Positions 38,412 to 51,293 of a DNA stretch of 64,000 bases are shown here, piece after piece (within the stretch, counting starts at the first letter, position 1; each line of letters starts with the position of its first letter). Position numbers and translations under genes: made by a program. The notes under the pieces were generated by a model that had not been told where the DNA came from, made no database searches, and saw nothing but the letters and a program-made list of their open reading frames with translations. The stretch covers positions 25,360,001 through 25,424,000 of the forward strand of contig NC_087245.1 of NCBI RefSeq assembly GCF_037042905.1. Reading direction: 5' to 3'. The DNA is from Lytechinus pictus (Eukaryota).

Positions 38412-41110
38412 GTAGTAGTAGTAGTAGTAGTAGTAGTAGTATTTATTTCCGTATTAAAAGCATAATTATATACAATAGAATACGGTGGATAGCCCACATT
38501 CAGCTTGACTGTGCCAGTCACGCTGGTCTTCCGTGGGGTCCAAAAACATTCAACATTAACATAGCAGTTAGTCACAATAAAACCAGATTAAAATAACAGA
38601 TGTATAGAAAATAAATGAAAACAGTGACGAACATAAATGATTAAAAATACAAATATCAACAGAAAACATATTTAGATAAAACACAGCAAATAGAAGAAAA
38701 AAAATGAAGGGGTGCAAACCTAACGGGGAAGGAAGAAGGGGTACCGGGGTCCATGTGCTACAGATCAACCATCCTAGATTTAAAAATAATAACACTATGG
38801 GATGATTTAATATGAGGAAGAAGGGAATTATAAGCCATGGCGCTTTTATACTTGAAGGATCTTTTGAAGTAATTTGTTTTTGGTTTGGGTAATTTAAATT
38901 TGGTTCCAAAACGGGAGGGATACGCGTGTGATACAAACTCAAATTCATTTCTTAACTATTTTGGGGATAGATTATTCATGATTTTATACATGAGAATAAG
39001 GGAATGATCGCTTCTTCTTTTGTCCAGCGATTGCCAATTAAGTGTATTATGCATTTCTAAAATAGATATATGGGATTCGGGTTTAATCTGAAGTATGATA
39101 CGGCCTGCTGTTTTGTAGTTTTTTAAGGCGGTCTGTGTATTTCCTGAAGGATGCATCGTAAACAACACCACCATAATCATAGTAGGGGGATCAATGATCT
39201 ATACATTAATTTTAGAATCGATTCACTTAGGGATCGCCGCAATCTTCCCAGAAAGCCGACTAATTGACCTATTTTTTGCAACATTAAAATTCAAATAATC
39301 ATCATTTATCATGCCTAGGTATATGACATGATGAACTTGTTCTAAAAGGGTATTATTTAAGGACACATGAAGGATATTTTGTTTAGAAATCATATTCTTG
39401 CTTCCAATGAGCATACAGACCGTTTTTATTTGGACAGTTAACACTTAACTTGTTCTGGCACATCCATTGGTACATATTTTCTAAATCTGAGTTCAGGGCC
39501 TCGTTGATTCTATCAATGGAGGGGTGTGAAAATTCAAATCCGCATCCGCACACAATAGGATATGGCAGGTCTTTAATACATTTCACTAAATCATTGACAT
39601 ATAATGTAAAGAGCAGTGGCCCCAGGAGTGATCCCTGGGGCACACCGCAATTCATAACTGATTCATAAGAGAGTTCCGAATTAGTAAGAGTCCTAAGATC
39701 CCGGTTTGACTTGTAACTCCGAAACCATAAGGATGGTAAGCCCAAAATACCTAAGTTATTCATTCTTTTCATAAGAATATCACAATTCACGGTGTCGAAT
39801 GCCTTTTTTTAAATCGACGAAGACGGCCCCAATGTAATGTTTCACATCGATTGGGTGAAACCAGTCATCAGTAACCTTTAGGAGAGTAGTAATGGTTGAG
39901 TGCCGTGGCCGAAAACCGGATTGGGCAGGTGTCAAAATGTAATTCTTTCGCAAAAAATCTAAAACTTGCCGTTGGACAGCCCTTTCGAGTGTTTTTAGAT
40001 ACGCAGGGCAAAATCGAGATGGGCCAATAATTCGAAGGAGAATTTTTATCGCCACCTTTGTAAATTGGGATAATCTTGGCTTTTTTCCATTGTTGCGGAA
40101 ATATACCACTTAACAAAGATAAATTGACCAACTTAGTAATACTCATTGGTATCTCCATAGCGCATGCCTTCAAAACAAAGACAGACGTAGTGTTCCTAAG
40201 ATTTCTGATGATTTTCAAGACATCATGTTTGTTCACCTGAGTAAATGCAAAAGTCTCATTTGTATGATTATCATTTTCTGTATGGGGGTTTATATCAGGT
40301 ATTTCACTGACTAATTGTCTCCATACATTTGTAAAGTAAGTGTTGAATAGGTTAGCAGTTACAGTATCACAATCCGATTTAGACGAAACTGTAGGTATTT
40401 CACTTTTTTTATTTGGAATAATGGTCTTTAAGGTTTTCCATGTCTGTTTTGGGTTTACCGTAAAATTTGTAAATTAATTTAAATAATACCGTTTCTTTGG
40501 TTTCCTTACTTCATTTGTTAACTTATTTCGTAATATTCTATACTCGCGCATAAGTTTTTCATCTTTCAGCTTGCAGGCTTTTAAAAAAAAGTTTGTCACA
40601 TTTTTTTCACGAGTTTGTAAATATTTGCATTCATCCAAGGGAAACCTTTTGTACTTATTCTTTTCGAACGATTTGGCATGTGTTTGTCAACAACTTGTAA
40701 AAACATATTTTGCCACAATTCGACAGCATCATCAACTGAATTACATTGATCTTTACTTTCCCAATTCTAGTTACGAATATCACTTCTAAAGTCATCACCA
40801 TTGAGCTTGCTGCAACATCTGAAAGTGATAAATTTTTGGCTGAGCACAAATTTTAGAGTTCCAGGTCAGCATGGTCAGGAAGCTAATCGAATAGTCACTC
40901 ATTCCGTTATGAATTACACCATGATTCACTATGTTTTGGGTGTTGATTTTTGAGATGTGTCGTTGTTGGTGATTGTGCAGTTATTAGATAAGCAATGTTG
41001 GTAATTTTTAATTGTTCAAACGACATTAAAAATAGCTCCCAGCTATGGTTAATCTTGCATTTGAAATGCCACTACATTGGTCGCATGTCCTATTTCAATA
41101 TTTAAATCCG
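38412..41110 (-). mobile_element. Decayed L2/CR1-group non-LTR retrotransposon (ORF2 with frameshifts and stops)
   Basis: RT fragments WKKAKIIPIYKGGDKNSPSNYWPISILP, QSGFRPRHST and GVPQGSLLGPLLFTLYVNDL. YADD has decayed to CADA. 3' end is AATAAA plus a (TAC)n tail at 38412-38447. The 5' boundary is approximate. Confidence 0.9.
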
Positions 41111-44100
41111 AGTATTCTACTTTTGAACTTTAAATATCTTCTCATCCATAACCGGGGGCAAGAATAAACCCAATTGTCATAGGAAATGAGATCAATGCTT
41201 AAAAAAAGGCACCTTCAAATACACCTTTGCCTTTTTCTAAATCCTAAGATTCGAAACGACCAAGGAGTGTGTTAACCTCACGATCCTGAGGCTACAGAGA
41301 AATCAATGACTGGTAACGAGGCTCATTGACTCCAAGCGCCAAAGGAAATCATATAAGAAAACAGTGGAATCTAGGTTTCTGTATTTATCCAACCGTTGAA
41401 CGATCCCTGTCGAACTTAGGTGAGAAAGACAAATTGTGAAGGTATCTGTCTCATATTGTATCATCGCTGCAGCTTGCAGGATGGACGTGATACCTGTACT
41501 AGGACAGTGCATCGTAGAATTAGGCGTGACTGGAATACGAAATACCAATATATATACATAACTGAAGCCTTGATACCAAAGTCTAAACCATTCAGAAATA
41601 CATTACTTCTTTTCGTTTAAAAATATAATTATGGTCATCCGATCTTTGTTTCAAATAAGATAATAATACAAATTTTGTTTTCTGTCATAAACAGTATAGT
41701 GGAAGAAAAACGGCGGACAATATTTATCAATCTAATGGGAATAAATTGAAAGACTACATGATCGAAATGTTTCATCCTTGGTAAGAATCAAGGAACTGTT
41801 TGAACGGGTTTGGTCTTGAGCTGATGCTGTTCAAAGCATCTGTCGTATGGTAGCCTTAAATAATGGAAAAATTTAATTTTCTTACCACTGTGATTTATCA
41901 GCCTCAGCATAATTCAACTTTTGTCAATAATGTTACGCATTATTGAGAAACCTATGTACTTTACCCTATTCCATTCGGTCGTTGGTCTTCATGTGTAGAA
42001 CAGCTTTGTAGAACTGGCACCGTGTATGATCTTAAGTAAAAGGGGATTTTTTAAATCTTTTTTTTGCTGGGGTTTCTAGTATTCATATTCCCAAATTGTA
42101 TCCTTTTCTATTTAACACTAAATAATGAATATCATAATAAGGAATAGAGATGCTGGAGATGCTGGATAATGTCGAAGCAGGAGGTCTTGGATCCCATCGA
42201 CAACTACTCACAGTTTGCAATGAGCTACCCAGATGCTGTTCTCAAGATTTCGAATTTCCAGAAAATGGGGACGTGTCTCTTATGATGGTTAAAAAGTGCA
42301 TTGGGTTCCTGGAGACCTGAAAAAATCGTATAAAATCGAATGAAGATTGGGAGGGGCTGGAGCTGAGTGACATGTGAACGATTGACCGCGGGCATCCACC
42401 GAAATGAAGCCACCATCTGATTCGATTATCGCGAGAAACTGACTCCATAGTGAGCTTAAACGCCACCGTGGTAGGGCAGTAGCTGAAGGGTAAGGCTGAA
42501 TCCCTTATAAGACCCAATTCATTATGTAGGCTTCTCCCAAGCTCATACCACTAATCAAGATGGATATGATGTAAGATGACGTCGCAATCAACACTCTGAT
42601 TTGGGGATCATCGTTCTCTGTCAACATGGTCAAGCCGTGAAATATCTTAATCTTGACATGCTATTAAAGGCCTATGGATAACGATGATATTGGCTACTAA
42701 AGACACAGGTCTACTTTCTACTACCAATGATGCTTTTAATGGGGGAAAATAAATACAATCATTTACAGGGGCCAACAAAAACGTGATAAAGAAAGTAACG
42801 GACAAAGTAGCATCGAACCCAAAATGATATTGATCCAATAAGTAGATTGATAACCAGGAAAAAAAGTGGAAAAGACGCAAGATATCATAAATGGACATAA
42901 CATAAACTCTAAAATTGTTAAAATATACAGCTGAGATGCTGATAATTAAACTTTACGAACAGTCTAAGGAACATTTAAACCCGTAGTTTGAAAAAAATGA
43001 ACTACAGTGACCTTTCTTCAGCACATACAAAACGGTTTATTAGAAACCATTCACTTGTATAAAACCAGGTTCAACCTTTCCCCAATGAAACTTTCCATAC
43101 CGTGAAAAGTATAAGCGTGCATCACCTCAAATAAACATAATTTTCTCCCTTGACTGCATTGTATTTCTCAAAATTATTTATCTTAGAACAAGTCTGATAC
43201 TGTATGCCTACAGCATTTTGAATGCAAAACTGTGTGTTTTGTTTTTAATATGTATCACCCAAAAAAGAATACATAAATAAAACAAAATGAAAAACCAGAA
43301 GTTGATTATCGACTGTTTCTAAATGGTATTTTACCGTTTTGCATCAATGTTTTGCATCAATGATTCTACGTCCCCAACGTTGTTTTGCTGCAACGATAGA
43401 ACCAGAAATGTCCTTTTTTCTAATTCATATAACGTTTTCAATTTCATGTTTTAAAAACACCTCACTTCCCTTTCTGAATATAGACCGAATGAAATTATTT
43501 TTTCCCTCGAACTTTACCAAAATAACATCCCAAGAAAATGTATTTCAAGGGCAGGGGCGCCACTTAGCATTACTGTGTCAAGTGAAACCTGAGAGAGCGT
43601 AGGATAGTTCATGTTCGCATGCATAAGCTTTAAAGTGCTTTAGTGAATTCTTGATATTGGTTACGTTGTGGTTATGGGTGAAAGTGCATCAGTGGAAAGT
43701 AACGTGGTTAGACGTTTCGTGATGCTTTTCTCAAGAAATCAAAGAAAGAAAGGATGAAAACTTGTTCCGCATGACTATCTCTGCATGGCTTTAAAATGAT
43801 GAGAGCGAGCTGGCAAACGGTTTGGATAAAAGTGCTCGTGCTTCTCCTCTTTTCTAGCCAATTAACTCCATGTGACGCAACCGTTGGCAATTCGAATTAA
43901 TTGGAAACAACGGAACTGTGGGAATCAATTGATATTACACGTGGGCAGGAAACATTCTACAGACTGCAATCGAAGCCGAATTGAAAATGTGTAAAGATGG
44001 TTATTCGTTTATACACTCACCTATTGCCCTGTAAAGTAAAAGGGGGAATCACATGTAGTCATGAACTAAATTGTCTTTGAACAGACAACATCGTCTCAAA

Positions 44101-46129
44101 ACAGAATTGTATGATGACTGGTTATTGCTGACGGGGACTTTGATGATGGAGATTCCCCTTTTTTTAGGAGGGGGGGGGGTCGTAAGATCATTTTGTTTTA
44201 AACTGACTTCTGAATTCTGAAATCTTTTTATACTTTGTCCAAAGACCACCCTGTTCCAGTAGACAAGGGACCAATATTAGCATAAAGTTCCTTTGAAGAT
44301 CATGTCGCTTGGTTCATATTTGTTCTCTGTTATTTTTTTTTTACTCCTGCGATTCTTCCTGTCCCCTAATTTTTCTTAGTCGATGAGAGCATGAAATGAA
44401 ATAATCTACAAAACAATTTTGTTTTACAAAAAAAATTTAGTCAATTTTAGGATGCTCACTGGCTTCACTCGCTTACTGCATATGCATTGTGGCGTGCACT
44501 CGTATTCTAAGCTACACAGGGGAAGCTACGAAAAGATGCAGATGATCGAGCCTAAGTCACGTCTTTCGGAAGTCTAGAAAAAGATATTTCAGATGCGTAC
44601 ATGCCTATAGCTGATAAATAAATGGTGCCGTGAATATTTCTTAAGCTATATTTCACTTAAGCTATAGTCCAGTTGGTGCCTGAATGATATTTTGGAATGT
44701 TCACATCCCCCTAATAATACTTTGTTGTCAATTTCTAATGGGATGGGTTTTGATTCGCTTTGTTGATATCCAATTTATTGTTCTTCTGTTCAGGAAGGCT
44801 GATATTAAAATATCGGCCTTACATCCTTCCCCTACGATTCACGGTTCGTCATTCCACTTCAACAAATATCAATCTTGTTCGAGCGAACACCTTTATGGCG
44901 TAATAATTCCCGATGTAAATGATGATCCTGTATGCTCGGAGATTGATATCCCTTATGCCGGAATATCGGTGATCAGTCTTTTGGTGCTGGACAACCACGT
45001 CCCCAATATTTATCTTTCTTCTTCACACAACCTGATACATGATCTAAAAATCAATGACTCTGTCGACAAAACGCCCTCAAACGTGTCATGTGAAACCCGT
45101 CTCGTGCAGCGAGCCAATTTTTGTGTTGTTTGTCGTCTGCAATAACGCCCAGGACAAACAATCACGCTCCCCTATCGATTACTAAACATAAATATGTTCT
45201 AGGATTATCCGCGAGGAACCTGTGTTTGTCCTTATTGACCCACCAACATCGAATCCCCCTACCCCACTTTTCTCTATCGGTCATCCCTTTTTTGCGGGGG
45301 ATCTTATTCAGACTCCCCCCAATTCTCAATTCTTATGTGCGTCTTCTAAGAATGTTTATAAATCCCATTAGAGACAAAATATGTCACTAAAAAGATTGCA
45401 GAGAGAGAGAGAGAGAGAGATTTTCTATTATTAGTGCAACGGCGCCATTGAAAAAAAAATGATTATGCAATTTTCTTGTGGATCATATTTGAATGAAAAA
45501 TTTCGACACAAATTGTTTTGTAAAATTTCATTCACTGAAAATTGTGCTTTCAACCCACAAACATGCTTGCAGAATGCTACTTTTATCATGTATACGGCTT
45601 CTAAGAGGATACTTAATACGGTTATCCTACACTTGAGGGAAAATACCTGTTGCCAAGTCTTAATGAAAACAAGTTTGGTCATCTTCTTTTTCGGATTATT
45701 GCGAACATTCATGATTACCATAGAATGTGTATTGCTCATTGGTGTAATGATCATCTTTTTGAGAAATAAATGATGTGGACCCCCCCCCCCAATTTCCATA
45801 CACTTTATTTTATCTTTGTTTCCTTGAAAGTGTCCTCATATCTGATTTATATTTCTTTGTATGATGTTTAAATGGAAATGAAATAGAAAATTGAAGGAAA
45901 AAAAGAGTTCGTACAGGGATCGCAAGGGGATCTTAAGGAGATCGTATGATTCTCGCCCAGAGACTATGTGTATAAGGTTTTAGCTCTAAAGCCGCCACAC
46001 GGGCTCTTTCTATGGGGACTTTAATCGTCGTAGGCCCCCTCAGAGTTATCCTACAATGAGAGGGAAACGATAAGCTGACGGCCATGCTATGATGATTATA
46101 GGCCAATGTAATAACGGGGCATGAACTTA

Positions 46130-46755
46130 AGCCCCTTTCACAATTGACGTGCGACCTGTTTACGACCGCCTGCAACAGTTTTTTCTTGTTGTTGCACGAT
46201 CGATCTCTTGGTGTCTTGCGAGCACTCTCAGTGGTTGTAGACGAACGCACGAATTTGAGGTGGTCGGAGGTGGTCGTGACTGGTCGCATCTGAATTTGAA
46301 CATGTTCAAAATCCAAACGCGATCAAATACGATTGATTTACTCGCATCAGGTCGTACCATCGGTCGGGCGATCATCGTGTGAGTGTTGTTCAACGTTGTA
46401 CGACTTGGTGCGAGAGGTGACACAACTACGTATAGTCGCATATAGTCGACTGGAGGTCGTACAACACTTGCACATGCGCTAGATACCTACAGAGACCAGT
46501 CTTGCGACTGGTTGCGATAATATAAGACTGTTGCAAGACCGATCGAAATTACGGCTTACAACATTCCAATACCGTTGCATTCGCATGTATGCGACCGTAC
46601 AGCCCCTTTCACAATTGACATCCGACCAGTTTACGACCGCCTGCAACAGTTTTTTCCTGCTGTTGCACGATCGATCTCTTGGTGACTTGCGAGCACTCGC
46701 AGTCGTTGTAGACGGTCGCACGAACTCAAGGTGGTCGTGACTGGTCACATCTGGA
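46130..46755. mobile_element. Two tandem truncated copies of a DNA-transposon end (Harbinger-like)
   Basis: AGCCCCTTTCACAATTGAC...TTTACGACCGCCTGCAACAG starts at both 46130 and 46601. No matching opposite end was seen. Confidence 0.6.
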
Positions 46756-48628
46756 GGCTCTGAAAAACAGTCGATCGCACACGTGACACACGATGTTAGT
46801 CGTAAAAATCGCAATTTTCGTTGCAAACTCTGCAATTTCAGTCGTGAATTTCACGCTTTTTGTGGCAAACTTTGCACTTACATTTGTAAATTTCGCGACT
46901 TTCGTTGCAAAATAAATTTGCAAAGTTCACGAGAGTCACTGAAGTCGTGTGTGATCGACCGTAATTCAGAGCCACCCTCATGTCCTCATTGGCGACACCA
47001 TGCAGAACCAACATGGTGATTGTGTTACCGCTCAAAAAATCGGAACTGTAAACATGGTAAATACGCTTGACCGGTAGACGAAATATTTTAGCTGATCATG
47101 CTTATGGTGTATCTCTGGGCTCATATTGGATGGGTGGGTTCGGTTTCATTAAGTGAAATTGGTAGTATGACAATGCACCGTTGCCCACGTGAACGGAAGG
47201 TGAAGGACCTACGTCATTCTTGAAGCTTTTTATCTTTATCACCCAAAGATCGGATGTTTCGTGTTGCTAACCCAGTGCCTGAAAACGGGTAAATGTTTTT
47301 TACATGTTCTAAATGTTATTGAAATATTTTTAATACTAAGCATAATGGCGTATTCGCAGCGAAATACGGGTAAACATCTCGGTAGAATATGATTTTATGA
47401 TTTTTTACAATTATAATACTGTAATATTACAAGTTCGATACATTACAATTGGACGCAAACCATTCAAATGCTTGCTATATTCATACTAAGGTCTCTACTG
47501 CAACCAGTATAAGGTTGGATTTACATAACAAGTCCTTGGAACGATGGTAAAGCAAGCAATATTTGTAAATGAAAGATAAATTACGCAAAGCGGTCCGTTT
47601 GGACTATTTTAATAGAATTGTATACCGATGTATTTTCGACCATTGTTTCAAGAAGATGAAGATGAAGATGAAGGGGAAGAATATCATATCATTGTCCTGT
47701 ATTGGGAAGGGGAACGATTCCTGGACTGAGGTACATTTCGTATCCTTGGTCTCAGTTTTCTTCAGTCTAGCTAGTGTCGCTTCTTAAGTATACATGTGAT
47801 TAAAAAAAGAACGATAGTAAACTTATGTCCGCAATTCCGAGTCTCCAAGTGTCTGATGGAAGCTTCCTATGAAGTACAAATACTAGTCAAGGTCAATGAC
47901 ACTTATCCAATTCAATACTGCTACGTGATACCCTTAATCAATATCGCTGAATGCTATAAGCGAGTTTACTGAATGTGACGTTCTGATTGCTTTCGCCCAT
48001 GAAAGATTTAGTCCGACCAGGGTTTCATCAAGGTACATAGTAGTATTTTCATTTTATGGCGGGGAAATAAGGATAAGTTTATGTGGCCTTCTTAAGGCGC
48101 GATCTGACTGGCGTCCTATGTCAGATAGGCATTTGTATCCATCAGGTCCTTCGAAAATCCAGAATAGTTTAATACGTTGATCAACTTAAATGTATGTACT
48201 CGTGCAACAACGGGACCAAGGAAATGACCGATAAAATATACTTCCGAGAAGATGACGTACTTCTGAAATGATCTGTCGACTGCAGTTATGAGAGTGTAAC
48301 GTAACAGTGAAAGTGATCCAACAAACTGATGCAAAATAGTACATTCCATTTACCTTTCTTGAGGCGGAATCGGATTGATGTGTATCAGATTAACATTGAT
48401 CGTCTTTGTTTGGACATCCGAGGTCCTGTCACCTACGGTGAACAAAGAACCGATCGTCTTCTGATTGTTTGTCACACTGAATTAATATTCTCAGAGCTTC
48501 CCCATTTCAGAAAGACTGGTTGATTGAAAAAAGGAGACAATGATTGGGAAGCGTTTCATAAATTCAATGATCGTTCAAGTCGAATCGATTTTCACTCAAT
48601 CAGATTCAAAGGGATCCAGTAGCCAATA

Positions 48629-51262
48629 TAGTCTGGTCTGTTAGCGGAATTATGTGGACACGGTGGACAAAAGCATGATTTTTTCTCCAGACCTCTGTTT
48701 ATGTATGAGAATTAAAAATGGGGTATGCTCCAAAAAATCTGGCTGCAGGAACAGTGAAAAAATGGGTGAAAATGTCAGAATTTATGAGTTTAGATTGGTC
48801 TGATATATAGACTAGCGCTAGTGCAAAACTCAATAGCAGTGCATTATTTTGCATTGGTTTAGTTCTTGAATTCAGACCCTTTTTGAACAGATATTCTGTT
48901 TGTCCTCACATCTCAATGCACTAAATATCTGAATGCAGATGCTAAACAAGCCGAAGGGTGGTGGTGGAGGGGGTTGAATGTTGGTGTGTATGTACATATT
49001 TTGGTCTTGGGGTAAAGATGTGCAAGACACATTTTTTTGCATGTGTTGGAAATTGTGTTGCCATGGTAACAGTGTATTATGGCAAAAATAAGGTACAAAT
49101 CTTGCAGTTAGAACTACTTCCTCTGTTGTCACCCGATTCTCATGAAATTTGGCACACACATTGGTCTTGAGGTGAAGATGTCTAAGGCACATTTTGTGTG
49201 TCTTTCAAAAATCTTGTTACCATGGTAACAACATATTATTTGGTGAAAATTGGGGAAAAAATTACAATTCAAACTGCTTCATCAGTTTTAAATCAATTCT
49301 CATGAAATTTGACACACACATTGGTATTAGAGTAAAGATGTACAAGGCACTTTTTGTGATTGTTTCAGAAATTGTGTTGCCATGGTAACAACATGTTATA
49401 TGGCAAAATTTAGGTAAAAACCTTGCAATTTGAAAAGTTGGAAGAAATATTCATCTTTGGGTAAAGATTCATATTAAATTCTAAACTGCATTAAAATATA
49501 TGAGTGTGGGGGTATTAATCACCTTCAGTAATATTTCTAGGTTTTGGGGGAGGAGCGGGATTGGTCCTTAAAATCTGACCTCAAAATAAAGGTTAAAGGC
49601 GGTGTCCATTAGCACTCTTGAAATAAGCATCCCCTCAAGGGCATAGGCTGGGGGTACACTGGGTGAATGTGAAACCTTCCGCTCTGGCAAAGGAGTTCCA
49701 ACACTGGCAAGCAAAACAAAATGTGTACCCCTTCTACTTTCAACGGCTGATTTTCCGAACCTTAGTTCCACCTTCCCAAGATGTGCACCCCTCCCCATAC
49801 CACTTCTATCTCCCTATGCTCAACCAGTCTACACCTTTGCCCCTCAGGGGTCTTTGTATTTTAAAGCGAGACATTACTCCCTTTTTTTTTGGGGGGGGTC
49901 TTTAGAAAATGACCTCATAAAAGTAAAAGTTAAAGGATTATGACTAAGAACTTAACCCCCCCCCCCCGCAAACAAATGGGGCTGATATATTTTTTGAGCA
50001 GAAAAATGCCCCCCCCCCCATTAAAAGGTAAGAAGATTCATTTGCACTTCAGAGTTCAGACCATTCATTTGATGTTTAATGCATTCTGCTTTGGTAAAAA
50101 ATTGTTTACAGTAGCCAATTAATCATTGTTTATTTATATTCTCATACTCAGTCTTTTATTCATATTCCATTCCTACTCTTTCTTTTTAACTATATCACAT
50201 CACTCTTGATTTTGAGCTTCACCATACCATCTTATGTTTCCTCTCTCCTTTTTTTACCCTCTCTTCTCTCCAAGTATATTTTTTCTGACATATTATAAAG
50301 TGAACCTTTAATCATGCAACTAATTATAGAAATATATATATATATATACAAAAATCTCTGCACTTGTTTTAGAAATTCACTTGCAAATCCATGACTCAAT
50401 AGCATACCATATCAAAAATATGCATATGTGCACAATAATTTTTTGCCTTCAATTTTATTTCATTTAATTTTTTCAGTTTAATTGTCAAAAAATGAATATT
50501 ATGTTTCAGTAGCAAAATTGTTGGATGCAAGATCTGACTGTCACAAAAAATGCAAATAATTTTGCATTGGAGTAAGGACGAACGTATTCACTGTTCATTG
50601 AGCAAATGATGACTTTTATTTCTCTACATATATTCTAGTCATATCCCTTTCAGATGGTGGTAACTGCAGGAATGGGAAAACTCTGTGATATAACTAAAAT
50701 TTTCACAGAGGATTTTCGGAAAACAACTAAATCCATTTTTTTTTCAAGCAACAGTTATTCCATTCTGAATGCTGCAACTATGAATTTGATGCACCTTTAC
50801 CGAAATATAATATCATGACAGCCATTTCTTCAATTCTTTAAACTAGACATTAAATATAGCTAATAGTATTATTTAGGACAGAGTGTAGCCAAAATAGAGT
50901 TTAGAAGATTATGAAGAAAAGAATAAATGTCATGGTATTATATTTCAGTGTAGGTGTAAGCATTCAAAATGGAATAATTGTTGCTAGATAATAATGAATT
51001 AAAATAGCCAAAAAAATGTACTTAGAGAGGGAGAAAAAGAGGGGGGGAGGAGGAAACAAAACAAGAAGGTATGGTAAAGCTCTAAAGTGCAAAAAGTGCA
51101 AAAAGTGATGTAAGAAAGTCAGAGTAAACACTGAAATGAACAAAGACTGAGTAGAAGGAGATAAATAAAACGTTGATTAATTGGGCACCGGAAATGATCT
51201 TTTATCAAACCAGAATGTTTTAGGCTTTAAATTAATACGCTGAAGTGTAAAGGATTTTTCTT

Positions 51263-51293
<31 letters not shown>

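Noticed and set aside
44684..45390. 153-aa and 89-aa plus-strand ORFs
   Set aside because: No recognisable motif or supporting exon chain. The region may be UTR or regulatory, but I cannot support a call.
45933..47035. Cluster of overlapping ORFs on both strands
   Set aside because: Explained by GC-richer duplicated transposon-end sequence. No transposase motifs.
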